Assembly (NCBI GenBank): GCA_938074535.1
Contig: CALJER010000043.1
Location: forward strand, 1-42,096
From: an uncultured archaeon
GTDB taxonomy: Archaea; Hadarchaeota; Hadarchaeia; Hadarchaeales; WYZ-LMO6
DNA length: 42,096 nucleotides
Direction: 5' to 3'
The translations under genes were made by a program, and so were the position numbers. Numbering within the stretch: the first letter of the stretch is position 1; every line of letters begins with the position of its first letter. The notes under the pieces are model-generated. The model made no database searches. It saw only the letters and a list, made by a program, of their open reading frames with translations, and was not told the DNA's origin. Below, piece after piece: positions 1-10,208 of this stretch.

Positions 1-757
1 CTTCCAGGAAGCCGCCCTGCTCAACTCCAAAATCCACAGGAGGGTGGGGGAGCTCCTCAGGAAGAAGGGCGGGAGGTTCGCGGGTGGGAGGGGGGACGAG
101 GGGGCCTGGATCTCCCCGCTCAGGGGCAGGGAATCGCTGGAGGTGGTGAGGAGGGCCTGCGAGGAGGTGGGCGAGGAGGAGGGGGTGGGGATCAGGATGG
201 GCCTGGACATGGCCGCCAGCAGCCTCTACGATCCCGGGGGCAGGAGATACGTGTACCCCAGGGAGAGAAGAAAGCTCACGGAGGAAGAGCAGCTGGAGCT
301 CGCCGAGGAACTCGTGGAGGCCTACAGCCTGCTCTACCTGGAGGACCCCCTGCACGAGGAGGACTTCGGGGGCTTCTCCAGGGTGCTCGAGGAGGTGGGG
401 AGGAGGTGTCTGGTGTGCGGGGACGACCTCTTCGCCACCAGCGTGGAGAGGATGGAGAGGGGGATAAGGGAGAAAGCCGTCAACGCCGTGCTGATAAAGC
501 CCAACCAGGTGGGCACCCTCAGCGGAGCCCTGGACGCCATCCAGCTGGCGCACAAGAAGAAGCTGGTGCCCGTGGTTTCCCACCGCTCGGGGGAGACGAC
601 GGACGAAACCATCGCCCATTTGGCGGTGGGGGGTGGATGCCCCCTCATCAAGACGGGGGCGGTGGGGGGCGAGAGAACCGCCAAACTCAACGAGCTCATC
701 CGCCTGGAGGAGGAGCTGGGGAGGAGGACGGCGAAGCTGCGGCTCGCGGGCGGATAA
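1..757 (+). CDS. eno: Enolase, 5'-truncated by window edge
   Basis: Frame open from base 2; motifs LDMAAS, YLEDP, GDDLF, IKPNQVGT, SHRSGET, IKTG, ERTAKLNEL. Confidence 0.95.
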   Translation, partial: FQEAALLNSKIHRRVGELLRKKGGRFAGGRGDEGAWISPLRGRESLEVVRRACEEVGEEEGVGIRMGLDMAASSLYDPGGRRYVYPRERRKLTEEEQLELAEELVEAYSLLYLEDPLHEEDFGGFSRVLEEVGRRCLVCGDDLFATSVERMERGIREKAVNAVLIKPNQVGTLSGALDAIQLAHKKKLVPVVSHRSGETTDETIAHLAVGGGCPLIKTGAVGGERTAKLNELIRLEEELGRRTAKLRLAGG

Positions 758-787
758 CTTTTAACCGGAGGCGGACGAGGAGAGAGG

Positions 788-1432
788 ATGAGCGAGGGCG
801 AGTTCGCCGGAGAGCTGACCGGGACCGAGCTGCTGGTGGAGCAGGATACCTATCTGGCCTGCGGGGTCCACATAGGAACCAGGCAGAAGACCGGCTCCAT
901 GGGCTCCTACATCTACAGGGTCCGCCCCGACAGGATCTACATCCTGGATGTGAGGAAGACCGATGCCAAGATAAGGGTGGCCGCCAGGATGATCGCCAGG
1001 GAGAAGCCCGAGCGAATCCTGGTGGTTTCGGCCAGGCAGTACGGCCAGCAGCCCGTCCTCAAGTTCTGCGAGGTGGTGGGCTCGAAGCCCATGGTGGGGA
1101 GGTTCATCCCCGGCACCCTCACCAATCCCTCCTATCCGGGATACTCGGAGTTCTCCCTCCTCCTCCTCACGGACCCCATGGCCGACTCCCAGCCCCTCGC
1201 CGAGGCCTCAAAGATGGGCATACCGGTGATAGGCCTCTGCGACACCGACAACGAAACGGCGGACGTGGATCTGGTCATCCCCACCAACAACAAGGGCAAG
1301 AAAGCCCTGGCGCTGGTCTACTGGCTCCTGGCCAGGCAGGTCCTGAGGGAAAGGGGAGAACTGGCGGCCGACGCTCCCTTCCCGGTTCCGCTGGAGGACT
1401 TCGAGAGCAAGCCCAGGGAGGTCCCCCAGTGA
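788..1432 (+). CDS. rps2: 30S ribosomal protein S2 (uS2)
   Basis: YLACGVHIG, GRFIPGTLTNP, PVIGLCDTD, IPTNNKG motifs; follows eno. Confidence 0.97.
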   Translation: MSEGEFAGELTGTELLVEQDTYLACGVHIGTRQKTGSMGSYIYRVRPDRIYILDVRKTDAKIRVAARMIAREKPERILVVSARQYGQQPVLKFCEVVGSKPMVGRFIPGTLTNPSYPGYSEFSLLLLTDPMADSQPLAEASKMGIPVIGLCDTDNETADVDLVIPTNNKGKKALALVYWLLARQVLRERGELAADAPFPVPLEDFESKPREVPQ

Positions 1433-2268
1433 TACGTCTCCCGGCGGTGGCGGGAGCCTTCTATGAGGGGAAGAGGGACTCCCTCCTCTCGAGGATAGAG
1501 TGGTGCTACACCCACCCGCACGGCCCGGGCAGCCTGCCCTCCCCCGGCAAGAAGGGGAAGAGGGTGCTGGGACTGGTCTCACCCCACGCCGGCTACATGT
1601 ACTCCGGCCCCGTGGCGGCCCACGGGTACTCCCTCCTGGCCCTCTCCCCTTCCGAGACGGTGGTGGTGCTGGGGCCGAACCACACGGGAATGGGCTCGGG
1701 GGTCTCTCTCTCCCCGCACCGGGCCTGGAGGACCCCCCTCGGGGAGGTGGAGGTGGATGGGGAGCTCTCCCGCTCCATAGCGGAGGAGTGCCAGCTGGCC
1801 GATCTGGACGAGGCGGCCCACCTGTACGAGCACTCCATCGAGGTTCAGCTCCCCTTCCTGCAGCACCTCTTCGGCTCCCGCTTCAGGCTCGTGGCCATCT
1901 GCATGATGCTCCAGGACGAAAGGACGAGCGAGGAGGTGGGGAGGGTCCTGGGTGAGGTGCTGAAGGGGAGGAAGGCCGTCATCATCGCCTCCACCGACTT
2001 CACCCACTACGAGCCCCAGGAGAGGGCCAGGAAAAAGGACGAAAGGGCTCTCAGGAGGATAGAGTCGCTGGACTGGAAGGGCCTCCTGCGCACGGTGGAG
2101 GAGGAGGACCTCACGATGTGCGGGTACGGCCCCGTGGCGGCCATGCTCCGCGCCTGTCTGGAGCTCGGGGCCAGGGAGGGGAAGCTGCTCAAGTACGCCA
2201 CGAGCGGCGACATAGCCGGCCCCATGCCGGAGGTGGTCGGATACGGATCTCTCGCCGTGACGGGCTGA
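1429..2268 (+). CDS. Memo-family protein (AmmeMemoRadiSam protein B)
   Basis: GTG start overlapping rps2 stop (GTGA); PAVAGAFY, PHAGYMYSG, GPNHTG, EHSIEVQLPFLQ, STDFTHY, MCGYGP. Confidence 0.93.
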   Translation: MIRLPAVAGAFYEGKRDSLLSRIEWCYTHPHGPGSLPSPGKKGKRVLGLVSPHAGYMYSGPVAAHGYSLLALSPSETVVVLGPNHTGMGSGVSLSPHRAWRTPLGEVEVDGELSRSIAEECQLADLDEAAHLYEHSIEVQLPFLQHLFGSRFRLVAICMMLQDERTSEEVGRVLGEVLKGRKAVIIASTDFTHYEPQERARKKDERALRRIESLDWKGLLRTVEEEDLTMCGYGPVAAMLRACLELGAREGKLLKYATSGDIAGPMPEVVGYGSLAVTG

Positions 2269-3053
2269 GTCCCCCCCGTCCGGTGGTGGTGAAGCTCGGG
2301 GGAAGCGTGATCACGGACAAGGAAAGGGAGTTCTCGATCAGGAGGGGAACCATCAGGAGGCTGGCCAGGGAGCTGAGGGGGGTGAAGGGAATCGTCCTGG
2401 TCCACGGAGGGGGCTCCTTCGGCCACCCCCTGGCCAGGCGCTACGGCCTCACCGGGGGGCTGAGGGGGCCCGAACAGCTCAGGGGGTTCGCGGAGGTGAG
2501 GAGGGCCATGGAGCGCCTGAACCTCCGCGTGGTGGAGGAGCTGGGCAGAGAGGGGCTCCGGGCGGTGCCCGTTCCCCCCTCCGCCTGCTGCCTCCTGGAG
2601 GGGGGAGAGGTGAAAACCATGGAGCTGGGGCCCGTAAAGGAGATGGCGGAGCTCGGCCTCCTTCCCGTGCTCTACGGCGACGCCGTGGTGGACCTGGCCC
2701 AGGGGATCAACATCCTCTCTGGGGACAAGCTCGCGGTCCACCTGGCCCTCCGCCTGGGGGCCTCCCGCGTGGTGGTGGGAGTGGACGTGGACGGGGTCTT
2801 CACCGAAGATCCCAGGAGGAACCCGAAGGCCGAACTCATAAAGGTCATCACTCCCAGGGAGTGGGAGAGGATGAGGCCCTCCTTCTCCTCCCGCGGATGC
2901 GACGTCACGGGGGGGATGCTGGGAAAAGTCAGGGAGCTCCTCAGGCTGGCGGAAGGGGGGATAGAGGCCCAGATCGTGAACGCCTCCAGGAGGGGCGTCC
3001 TGCGGAGGGCGCTGGAGGGCGATCGGAGCCTGGGCACCCTCATAAGGGGGTGA
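2265..3053 (+). CDS. ipk: Isopentenyl phosphate kinase (amino-acid-kinase fold)
   Basis: [28 protein letters not shown]; upstream of fni. Start uncertain (CTG 2265 or GTG 2283). Confidence 0.9.
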   Translation: MSPPRPVVVKLGGSVITDKEREFSIRRGTIRRLARELRGVKGIVLVHGGGSFGHPLARRYGLTGGLRGPEQLRGFAEVRRAMERLNLRVVEELGREGLRAVPVPPSACCLLEGGEVKTMELGPVKEMAELGLLPVLYGDAVVDLAQGINILSGDKLAVHLALRLGASRVVVGVDVDGVFTEDPRRNPKAELIKVITPREWERMRPSFSSRGCDVTGGMLGKVRELLRLAEGGIEAQIVNASRRGVLRRALEGDRSLGTLIRG

Positions 3054-3057
3054 GGGA

Positions 3058-4131
3058 GTGGGATCCATCAGCGAGCGGAAGAAATCCCACATGGAGCTCT
3101 GCCTCAGGAAAAACGTGGAGATGGTCTGGAACACCACGGGCCTGGAGGACATCTTCCTGCTCCACCAGGCCCTCCCTGAGCTTTCCCCCGAGGAGGTGGA
3201 GCTGGGAACCACCTTCCTTGGGAAGAAGCTGAAGGCACCCCTCATGATCCTCCCCATGAGCGGCGGGCACAGAGAGGGGGGGAAGCTCAACCGCCTGCTG
3301 GCCTCCGTGGCCCAGGAGAGGGGGGTGGCCTTCGGGGTGGGAAGCCAGAGGGCGGCGCTGGAGAGGAAGGACCTGGCCGACACGTACAGGGTGAGGGAGG
3401 TGGCCCCGGAGGTCTTCCTGGTGGCCAACCTCGGGATCTCCCAGTTCTCGGGGAAGGAAGTGGAGGAGGCCAGGGAGGCGGTGGAGATGATAGGGGCGGA
3501 CGCCCTCTCCATCCACCTGAACCCCCTCCAGGAAGCGGTGCAGGAGGAGGGAAAGCCGGACTACAGGGGGGCCCTCGCCAGGTTCAGGAGGATATGTGCC
3601 GGGGCAGGGGTGCCCGTGATAGCCAAGGAAACGGGGGCGGGCCTCGGCGGTGCGGTGGCCAGGAAGCTGGAGAGGGCGGGTGCGGCGGCCATAGACGTGA
3701 GCGGGGCTGGGGGAACCTCCTGGGCAGGGGTGGAAGCCCTCAGGAACCCGGCCTCCTCCGCGCTGGGCCGCACCTTCTGGGACTGGGGCATCCCCACGGC
3801 CGTGTGCACGGCTGAGGTGGCCAGGGCGGTCAGGGTGCCCGTGATAGCCAGCGGGGGGATACGCTCGGGCCTGGACGCCGCCAAGGCCATAGCGCTGGGG
3901 GCCGACCTGGTGGGGGTGGCCCTTCCCATCCTCAGGGCGGCCTCCAGGGGAAGGAGGGCCCTGGAGGGATGGCTGGACGAATTCCTGCTGGAGCTCAGGG
4001 TGGCCATGTTCCTCACGGGCTGCCGGCGCCTGGAGGAGCTCAGGCGGGCTCCGCTGGTCGTGACGGGGAGGACGAGGGAGTGGTTCCTCTCCAGGGGTCT
4101 GGAGACCGAAAGGAGGGAGAGGGGTGCTTGA
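3058..4131 (+). CDS. fni: Type 2 isopentenyl-diphosphate isomerase
   Basis: RKKSH, MSGG, GSQR, HLNPLQE, KETGAG, GAGGTSW, WGIPT, SGGIR. Confidence 0.96.
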   Translation: MGSISERKKSHMELCLRKNVEMVWNTTGLEDIFLLHQALPELSPEEVELGTTFLGKKLKAPLMILPMSGGHREGGKLNRLLASVAQERGVAFGVGSQRAALERKDLADTYRVREVAPEVFLVANLGISQFSGKEVEEAREAVEMIGADALSIHLNPLQEAVQEEGKPDYRGALARFRRICAGAGVPVIAKETGAGLGGAVARKLERAGAAAIDVSGAGGTSWAGVEALRNPASSALGRTFWDWGIPTAVCTAEVARAVRVPVIASGGIRSGLDAAKAIALGADLVGVALPILRAASRGRRALEGWLDEFLLELRVAMFLTGCRRLEELRRAPLVVTGRTREWFLSRGLETERRERGA

Positions 4132-5434
4132 GGTGCTGCCCCTGGGAGGGCTGGGGGAGGTGGGCAGGAACATGACGGCCGTGAGCTTCGGCGACGGGTA
4201 TGTGGTGGTGGACATGGGGGTGAGGCTGGATGCCGTTCAGGCCTTCGAGGACGCCAACCTGGCGGAGATGGGCCTGGAGGAGCTGGTGAAGGCCAACGCC
4301 ATCCCCGACGACCGCCCCCTGAGGAAGAAGGAGGTGAAGGCCATCCTCCTCACCCACGGCCACCTGGACCACATAGGGGCGGTGGGCAAGCTGGCCCGCC
4401 CCTACCGGGCGCCCCTCTACGGCACCCCCTTCACGCTGGAGCTGGTGAAGCGCCTGGTGCTGGGGGAGGAGAAGCTGGAGCTGGTCCCCGTCAGGCCGGG
4501 CGAAAGGATAGAGGTGGGGGACCTGGAGGTGGAGTTCCTGCACGCCAACCACAGCATCCCCCAGACCGTCCTCCCGCTCCTGAGGGAGGGCGAGCACTCC
4601 CTCCTCTTCGCCACCGACTTCAAGCTCGACGAAAGCCCCCTGCTGGGGCCGCCCACGAACCTGCAGGAGCTGAAGAGGGAAGTGGGGGAGGAACCGGAAG
4701 CCGCGCTGGTGGGTACGGTGAGGGTGGACGAGCCGGGACCCACCGGGAGCGAGGCGAAGGCAAGGGAGATGCTGCAGGAGATCATGGGAAAAGCGGAGGA
4801 GAGGGGCAGGGCCATGCTGGTCACCACCTTCTCCTCCCATCTCGCCAGAATAAGATCCATCGTGGAAATCTCCGAGGGGCTGGGGAGGATACCCGCTCTG
4901 GTGGGCAGGTCCATGAAGAACTACTTCTCCGCCGCCGTGGAGCTCAACCTTCCCCACCTGCCCCACGATCTTCCCGTGCACGGCTCACCCGGCTCCATCA
5001 AGAAGTTCCTGAAAAAGGCCGACGGCTCCAGGGGGGACTACGTGCTGATCTGCACGGGGCACCAGGGGGAGCCCACCTCCGTGCTGAGCAAGATAGCGGA
5101 CAGGAAGCTCCCCTTCCGCCTCAGGGACGGGGACCAGGTGATCTTCTCGGCCAGCGTCATCCCCAATCCCATCAACCAGAACAACAGGAGCATCCTGGAG
5201 ACCAAGCTCATGGTCCAGGGGGCCAGGATACACCGGGACGTGCACGTCTCGGGCCACGCCGCCCGAACCGACACGGCCGAGTTCCTGCGGGCTCTCTCCC
5301 CGAGGCACCTCCTTCCCTGCCACGGGACCCCCGAGAAGCTGGAGGCCATGATGGAGCTGGGGAGGGAGCTGGGATACGGGGAGGACCGTCTTCACCTGCT
5401 GGAGAACGGAAGACCGGTGAGGCTGTCGGGATGA
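4124..5434 (+). CDS. rnj: RNase J-family beta-CASP metallo-beta-lactamase
   Basis: [37 protein letters not shown]; usual position between fni and idsA. Confidence 0.92.
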   Translation: MLEVLPLGGLGEVGRNMTAVSFGDGYVVVDMGVRLDAVQAFEDANLAEMGLEELVKANAIPDDRPLRKKEVKAILLTHGHLDHIGAVGKLARPYRAPLYGTPFTLELVKRLVLGEEKLELVPVRPGERIEVGDLEVEFLHANHSIPQTVLPLLREGEHSLLFATDFKLDESPLLGPPTNLQELKREVGEEPEAALVGTVRVDEPGPTGSEAKAREMLQEIMGKAEERGRAMLVTTFSSHLARIRSIVEISEGLGRIPALVGRSMKNYFSAAVELNLPHLPHDLPVHGSPGSIKKFLKKADGSRGDYVLICTGHQGEPTSVLSKIADRKLPFRLRDGDQVIFSASVIPNPINQNNRSILETKLMVQGARIHRDVHVSGHAARTDTAEFLRALSPRHLLPCHGTPEKLEAMMELGRELGYGEDRLHLLENGRPVRLSG

Positions 5435-6429
5435 GCGTCCTGAAGTACATCGGCAGAAGGAACCCGGCGGTGGAGAAAACCCTGAGCAGGCTCCTCCCCC
5501 GGGGGATGGAACCGAGGGTGCTCGCCAGGGCCTCCAGGCACCTGCTGGAGGCCGGCGGGAAGAGGCTCCGTCCCTGCCTCACCCTGGCCTGCTGCGAAGT
5601 GGTGGGAGGAAGGGCGGAGGGGGCGCTGGAAACCGCCGCCGCCTTTGAGCTGCTCCACACCTTCTCCCTCATCCACGACGACATCATGGACCACGCCGAC
5701 CTCAGGAGGGGGGTGAAGACCGTGCACAGGCTCTGGGGGGAGCCCATGGCCATCCTCGCCGGGGACGCCCTCTTCGCCAAGGTCTTCGAAGCCCTCTCCC
5801 TGAATGTTTCCAGGGTGGGGCTGGAGAGCGGGAGGGCCGCCAAGCTCTTCTGGATCGTGAGCAGGGCGAGCTTCGAGCTGAGCAGGGGGCAGGCCCTGGA
5901 CATGCTCTTCTCAAAGCGCCTTGGCCTGAGGGAGGAGGAGTATGTGGAGATGGTGGCCCTCAAGACCGGGGCCCTCATGCAGGCCTCAGCCTCGGCCGGG
6001 GCCCTGCTGGGCGGTGGAACGCCCTCCCAGGTGGAGAGGCTGGGGGAGTACGGGAAGAACCTGGGAATAGCCTTCCAGATCCAGGACGACATCCTGGGCC
6101 TGGTGGGGGAGAAGGGAGAACTGGGCAAGCCCGTGGGCTCCGATCTGCTGGAGGGAAAGCGCACGCTGGTGGTCTCCCTGGCCCTGCAGATCCTCAGGGG
6201 GGAGGAAAAGAAGAAGCTGCTCGGGGTGCTGGGAAATCCCGCGGCCTCCAGGGAGGAGGTGGAGGAGGTGGTCTCCCTCCTGCGGGAAAGGGGGGTTCTG
6301 GAAAGGACCAGGGAAAGGGCGCTGAAGTTCTCCGGCAGGGCCAGGAAGCTCCTCCGCGGCTTCCGGGAGTCGGAGGCTCTCAGCTTTTTAGAGGAGCTGA
6401 CGGAGTTCGTAATCGAGCGTCGGGTGTAA
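5431..6429 (+). CDS. idsA: Geranylgeranyl diphosphate synthase (short-chain polyprenyl synthase)
   Basis: GGKRLRP, first Asp-rich motif FSLIHDDIMD..RRG, GQALD, KTG, FQIQDDILG. Confidence 0.93.
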   Translation: MSVLKYIGRRNPAVEKTLSRLLPRGMEPRVLARASRHLLEAGGKRLRPCLTLACCEVVGGRAEGALETAAAFELLHTFSLIHDDIMDHADLRRGVKTVHRLWGEPMAILAGDALFAKVFEALSLNVSRVGLESGRAAKLFWIVSRASFELSRGQALDMLFSKRLGLREEEYVEMVALKTGALMQASASAGALLGGGTPSQVERLGEYGKNLGIAFQIQDDILGLVGEKGELGKPVGSDLLEGKRTLVVSLALQILRGEEKKKLLGVLGNPAASREEVEEVVSLLRERGVLERTRERALKFSGRARKLLRGFRESEALSFLEELTEFVIERRV

Positions 6430-6439
6430 AGGGAGAGCC

Positions 6440-8131
6440 TTGGAGGACCTCAGGAGCAGGCTGATCAGGCTGGCCCTGGAGAACGCCGTGGAGTACGGGG
6501 GAAAGGCCCTGCCGGACCCCGTGCTGAGGAGGATCGCCGGGGAGCTCCCGGAGCTCCGTCCCAGGCTGAAGGAGCTCCTCCCGCTGGTGAGGGAGGTCCT
6601 CTCCGAGGTGAACGAGATGACCCCCGAGGAGCAGGCCAGGAAGCTGGAGGAGCTGGGGGGCAAACCCAGGGAGAGGAGGGAGAGGAGAAAGGGGCTCCCG
6701 GAGCTCCCTGAGGTGGAGAAGTACGAAAGGGTGGTCACAAGGTTCGCTCCCAACCCCAACGGGCCGCTCCACCTCGGCCACGTGCGGGCGGCCCTCCTCA
6801 GCCACGAGTACGCCAGGCTGTACGGGGGAAGGTTCATCCTGAGGTTCGAAGACACCAACCCTGCCAACGCCAGAGGGGAGATGTACGAGCGGATAAAAGA
6901 GGACCTCCGCTGGCTGGGTATGAGCTGGGACGAGGAGTTCTTCCAATCGGACAGGCTGGAGCTCTACTACCGGGTGGCGGAGGCGCTGCTGGCGGAGGGG
7001 AAGGCGTACGTGTGCGTGTGCAGGGCGGAGGAGTTCAGGGAGAGGAGGGACAGGGGTCTCCCGTGCCCCTGCAGGGACCTCCCGCCCTCCCGGCACCTCG
7101 AGAGATGGAGGGGGATGAGGGAGGGCGAGTACGGAGAGGGGGAGGCGGTGCTGCGCCTGAAGACGGACCTCCGGCACCCCAACCCGGCGGTGAGGGACTG
7201 GCCCGCCTTCAGGGTGGTGGAGGCCGCCCACCCCAGGACGGGGAACAGGTACCGCGTGTGGCCCCTCTACAACTTCTCCGTCTCGGTGGACGACCACGAG
7301 ATGGGGATCACGCACGTGATAAGGGGGAAGGAGCACGAGGTCAACGAGGCCAGGCAGAGGGTCCTCTTCCAGCTGCTGGGGTGGGAGTACCCCACCGTGG
7401 TGCAGTACGGACGCCTCACCCTGGCCGGAAGCAGGCTCAGCAAGACGGAGATCGTGAGGGCGGTGGAGAGGGGGGAGCTGGAGGGCTACGACGACGTGAG
7501 GCTGGGAACGATTTCCGCCCTGAGGAGGAGGGGCTTCCTCCCCGAGAGCATAAGGAGGGTGATCCTGGAGGTGGGCCTGACCCCCGTGGACTCCTCCCTC
7601 AGCTGGGAGAGCCTGGAGGCCCACAACAGGAAGCTCGTGGACGACCTGGCCCTCAGGTACTTCTTCGTCCCCTCCGGGGTGTGGATGAGGATCAGGGGGG
7701 CGCCGGAGCTTCCAGAGGTGGAGCTGCCCCTCCATCCCTCCCATCCTGAGAGGGGAAAACGCCGCCTCCCCCTTCTCTACCGCAACGGGCACCTGCTGGT
7801 CTTCCTCCCGCCGGGCGACCTGGAGTCCCTGAGGGAGGGGGAGCTCTTCAGGCTGAAGGACCTGATGAACGTTGCCCTGCTCTCCAGGTCCCCACCCGAG
7901 GGCGAGTTCCGCGGCCTGGAGCTCCTGCAGGGAGTGCCCAAGGTACAGTGGGTCTCCGGGAATCCCGTGGTGGTAAGGGTGCTGAGGCCCGACGGCTCCG
8001 TGGAGGAGGGTCTGGGGGAGCCCGCCCTCCTGGGGGTGAGGCCGGGGGAAATCGTGCAGTTCGAGCGCTACGGGTTCGTCAGGGTGGAGGAAACCGGAAG
8101 GGAGATATCGGCCGTTTTCGCACACAGGTAG
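6440..8131 (+). CDS. gltX: Glutamate-tRNA ligase, archaeal type
   Basis: RFAPNPNGPLHLGH, RFEDTNP, THVIRGKEH, LSKT, QFERYGFVR. Confidence 0.96.
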   Translation: MEDLRSRLIRLALENAVEYGGKALPDPVLRRIAGELPELRPRLKELLPLVREVLSEVNEMTPEEQARKLEELGGKPRERRERRKGLPELPEVEKYERVVTRFAPNPNGPLHLGHVRAALLSHEYARLYGGRFILRFEDTNPANARGEMYERIKEDLRWLGMSWDEEFFQSDRLELYYRVAEALLAEGKAYVCVCRAEEFRERRDRGLPCPCRDLPPSRHLERWRGMREGEYGEGEAVLRLKTDLRHPNPAVRDWPAFRVVEAAHPRTGNRYRVWPLYNFSVSVDDHEMGITHVIRGKEHEVNEARQRVLFQLLGWEYPTVVQYGRLTLAGSRLSKTEIVRAVERGELEGYDDVRLGTISALRRRGFLPESIRRVILEVGLTPVDSSLSWESLEAHNRKLVDDLALRYFFVPSGVWMRIRGAPELPEVELPLHPSHPERGKRRLPLLYRNGHLLVFLPPGDLESLREGELFRLKDLMNVALLSRSPPEGEFRGLELLQGVPKVQWVSGNPVVVRVLRPDGSVEEGLGEPALLGVRPGEIVQFERYGFVRVEETGREISAVFAHR

Positions 8132-8136
8132 AGGGG

Positions 8137-8721
8137 ATGCTGGTCTTGGGAATCTGCGGGAGCCCCAGGGAGGGGTCCACGGAGAGGATTCTGCTCAGGG
8201 CCCTGAGGGGGATGGAGGGGAGGGGCTTTTCCACCCGCTTCTTCACCGTGAGGGGCAAGAACCTGGGCTACTGCAGGCACTGCGATTTCTGCCTCAAGCA
8301 CGGGAGATGCGCGCTCCAGGACGACATGCAGGAGCTGTACGGGCACCTGCTGGAGGCGAAGGGGCTCATCCTGGCCACCCCCGTGTACAACGGGGGCTGC
8401 AGCGCGCAGCTCAAAACCGTGATGGACCGCACCAGGGCCCTCCTGGCCTCCCACCCCGGGGCCCTGAGGGGGAAGGTGGGGATGGGCATAGCGGTGGGGG
8501 GGGACAGGATGGGGGGACAGGAGCTGGCCCTCCTCCAGATCCACACCTTCTACCTCCTCAACGGGGTGATCCCGGTGAGCGGGGGGGCCTTCGGGGCCAA
8601 CCTGGGGGCCACCTTCTGGAGCAGGGACCTGCCGGAGGGAGCGGAAAGGGACGAGGAGGGGCTGAGGAGCCTGGAGCAAACCCTGAAGAGGTTCGAGGAG
8701 GCGCTGGGCAGGTATGGCTGA
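8137..8721 (+). CDS. Iron-sulfur flavoprotein / flavodoxin-family protein
   Basis: GSPR, compact CxxCxxCx5C (CRHCDFCLKHGRC), ATPVY; ATG at 8137 after GAGGGG. Confidence 0.88.
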   Translation: MLVLGICGSPREGSTERILLRALRGMEGRGFSTRFFTVRGKNLGYCRHCDFCLKHGRCALQDDMQELYGHLLEAKGLILATPVYNGGCSAQLKTVMDRTRALLASHPGALRGKVGMGIAVGGDRMGGQELALLQIHTFYLLNGVIPVSGGAFGANLGATFWSRDLPEGAERDEEGLRSLEQTLKRFEEALGRYG

Positions 8722-9289
8722 AAGGGTGGCCTGGGGGGTCACGGGGAGCGGGGACAGACTCAGGGAGATCGTGGAGGAGATGAAGAGGCTGGCGGGAGAG
8801 TACGCGGGGAGGGTGGAAATCCGGGTCTTCCTCTCCAGGGCGGGGGAGGAGGTGGTGAGGATGTACGGCCTCTGGGAAGAGCTGGAGGGGGCCTTCGGGA
8901 AGCCCTCGGTGGAGAGGGGACCCAACCAGCCCTTCCTGGCCGGGGCCCTGCAGAGGGGCTCCTACAGGTTCCTCCTGATCGCCCCCGCCACCTCCAACAC
9001 GGTGGCCAAGATAGCGGTGGGAATCGGGGATTCGCTCCTCTCCAACTCCGCCCTGCAGGCCCTGAAGGTTCATCCCCCCGTGCCCGTGTGCGTGATGCCC
9101 TGCGACCTGGAGGAGGGGTTCACCGTCACCAGGCTGCCCGGCGGGGAGGAGCTGAGGCTGAGGATAAGGAAGGAGGATGTGGAGAACGTGGAGAGGCTCA
9201 GGAGGATGGAGGGAGTGGAGATCCTGAGGGGCCCGGAAGAGCTGGGTCCCCTCTTCCGGAGGTACTTCGGCAGAGCCGAGCCGCGATAG
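8714..9289 (+). CDS. afpA: Archaeal flavoprotein AfpA (HFCD superfamily)
   Basis: AWGVTGSG, APATSNTVAKIAVGIGDSL, MPCD; no ferredoxin insert as in DmrX. Confidence 0.8.
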   Translation: MAERVAWGVTGSGDRLREIVEEMKRLAGEYAGRVEIRVFLSRAGEEVVRMYGLWEELEGAFGKPSVERGPNQPFLAGALQRGSYRFLLIAPATSNTVAKIAVGIGDSLLSNSALQALKVHPPVPVCVMPCDLEEGFTVTRLPGGEELRLRIRKEDVENVERLRRMEGVEILRGPEELGPLFRRYFGRAEPR

Positions 9290-9348
9290 CTTTTAAACCG
9301 ACCTCCCTTAGTAGTATGACCCGATAAAGGAAAGCGGAGGGTGATGGA

Positions 9349-9720
9349 GTGGCCAAACCCATCTACGTGCGCTTCGAGGTGCCGAAGGACCTGGCCGAGA
9401 AGGTGTACGAGGCGGTGGAGAAGGCCAGGGACAAGGGAAAGATAAGGAAGGGGGTAAACGAGACGGTGAAGGCGGTGGAGCGCAGGCAGGCCAAGCTGGT
9501 GGTCATCGCAGAAGATGTGGATCCGCCCGAGGTGGTGGCCCACCTTCCCCTCCTCTGTGAGGAGAAAGGCACACCCTACGTGTACGTCCCCAAGAAGCTG
9601 GAACTGGGGGCGGCCTCCGGGATAGAGGTCCCCTCGGCCGCCGTGGCCATCGTGGAGGAAGGGGAGGCCGAACCCCTGGTGAAGGAGATCCTCTCCAGAC
9701 TCAAAGAGCTGAAGCGATGA
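9349..9720 (+). CDS. rpl7ae: Ribosomal protein L7Ae
   Basis: [27 protein letters not shown]; TTTTAAA TATA box at about 9291. Confidence 0.97.
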   Translation: MAKPIYVRFEVPKDLAEKVYEAVEKARDKGKIRKGVNETVKAVERRQAKLVVIAEDVDPPEVVAHLPLLCEEKGTPYVYVPKKLELGAASGIEVPSAAVAIVEEGEAEPLVKEILSRLKELKR

Positions 9721-9724
9721 GAAA

Positions 9725-9943
9725 ATGCCTGAAGAGCAAAGAATTGGTTATGCCGCTGAGGTTCTCCAAATCAAGGGAAGGACGGGAGTGACGGGGGAGG
9801 TCAAACAGGTGAGGTGCAGGGTGCTGGAAGGACCGGACAAGGGAAGGATCCTGACCAGGAACGTGAGGGGCCCCGTCCAGGTGGGGGACATCCTGACGCT
9901 CAGGGAAACGGAGAGGGAAGCCAAGGAAATAAAGGTGCCCTGA
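9725..9943 (+). CDS. rps28e: Ribosomal protein S28e
   Basis: [27 protein letters not shown]. Confidence 0.96.
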   Translation: MPEEQRIGYAAEVLQIKGRTGVTGEVKQVRCRVLEGPDKGRILTRNVRGPVQVGDILTLRETEREAKEIKVP

Positions 9944-10132
9944 ATGCCCGCCAGCTTCCGCTGTTCTTTCTGTGGGGGAAGGGTAGCACCCGGTACTGGA
10001 ACCATGTTCGTGAAGAGGGATGGGAGCCTTCTCTACTTCTGCTCCTCCAAGTGCGAGCGCAACTTCAACCTCGGGAGGAGACCAGACCGGACGAGGTGGA
10101 CGGAGAAGTACAGAAGGAAAAGGATGGCCTAG
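9944..10132 (+). CDS. rpl24e: Ribosomal protein L24e
   Basis: CSFCG..PGTG..FCSSKC..WT. Confidence 0.96.
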   Translation: MPASFRCSFCGGRVAPGTGTMFVKRDGSLLYFCSSKCERNFNLGRRPDRTRWTEKYRRKRMA

Positions 10133-10208
10133 GAGGGTGGAGGGGCGGCCTTCCGGAGCTCCCGGCGCCGGACCTGCCTCCTTATAGAGAAAAGTGGAAA
10201 TATCTTCG

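Noticed and set aside
406-1428. N-terminal 340 aa of the 620-aa ORF
   Set aside because: Shadow frame over eno and rps2; Memo homology begins at GTG 1429
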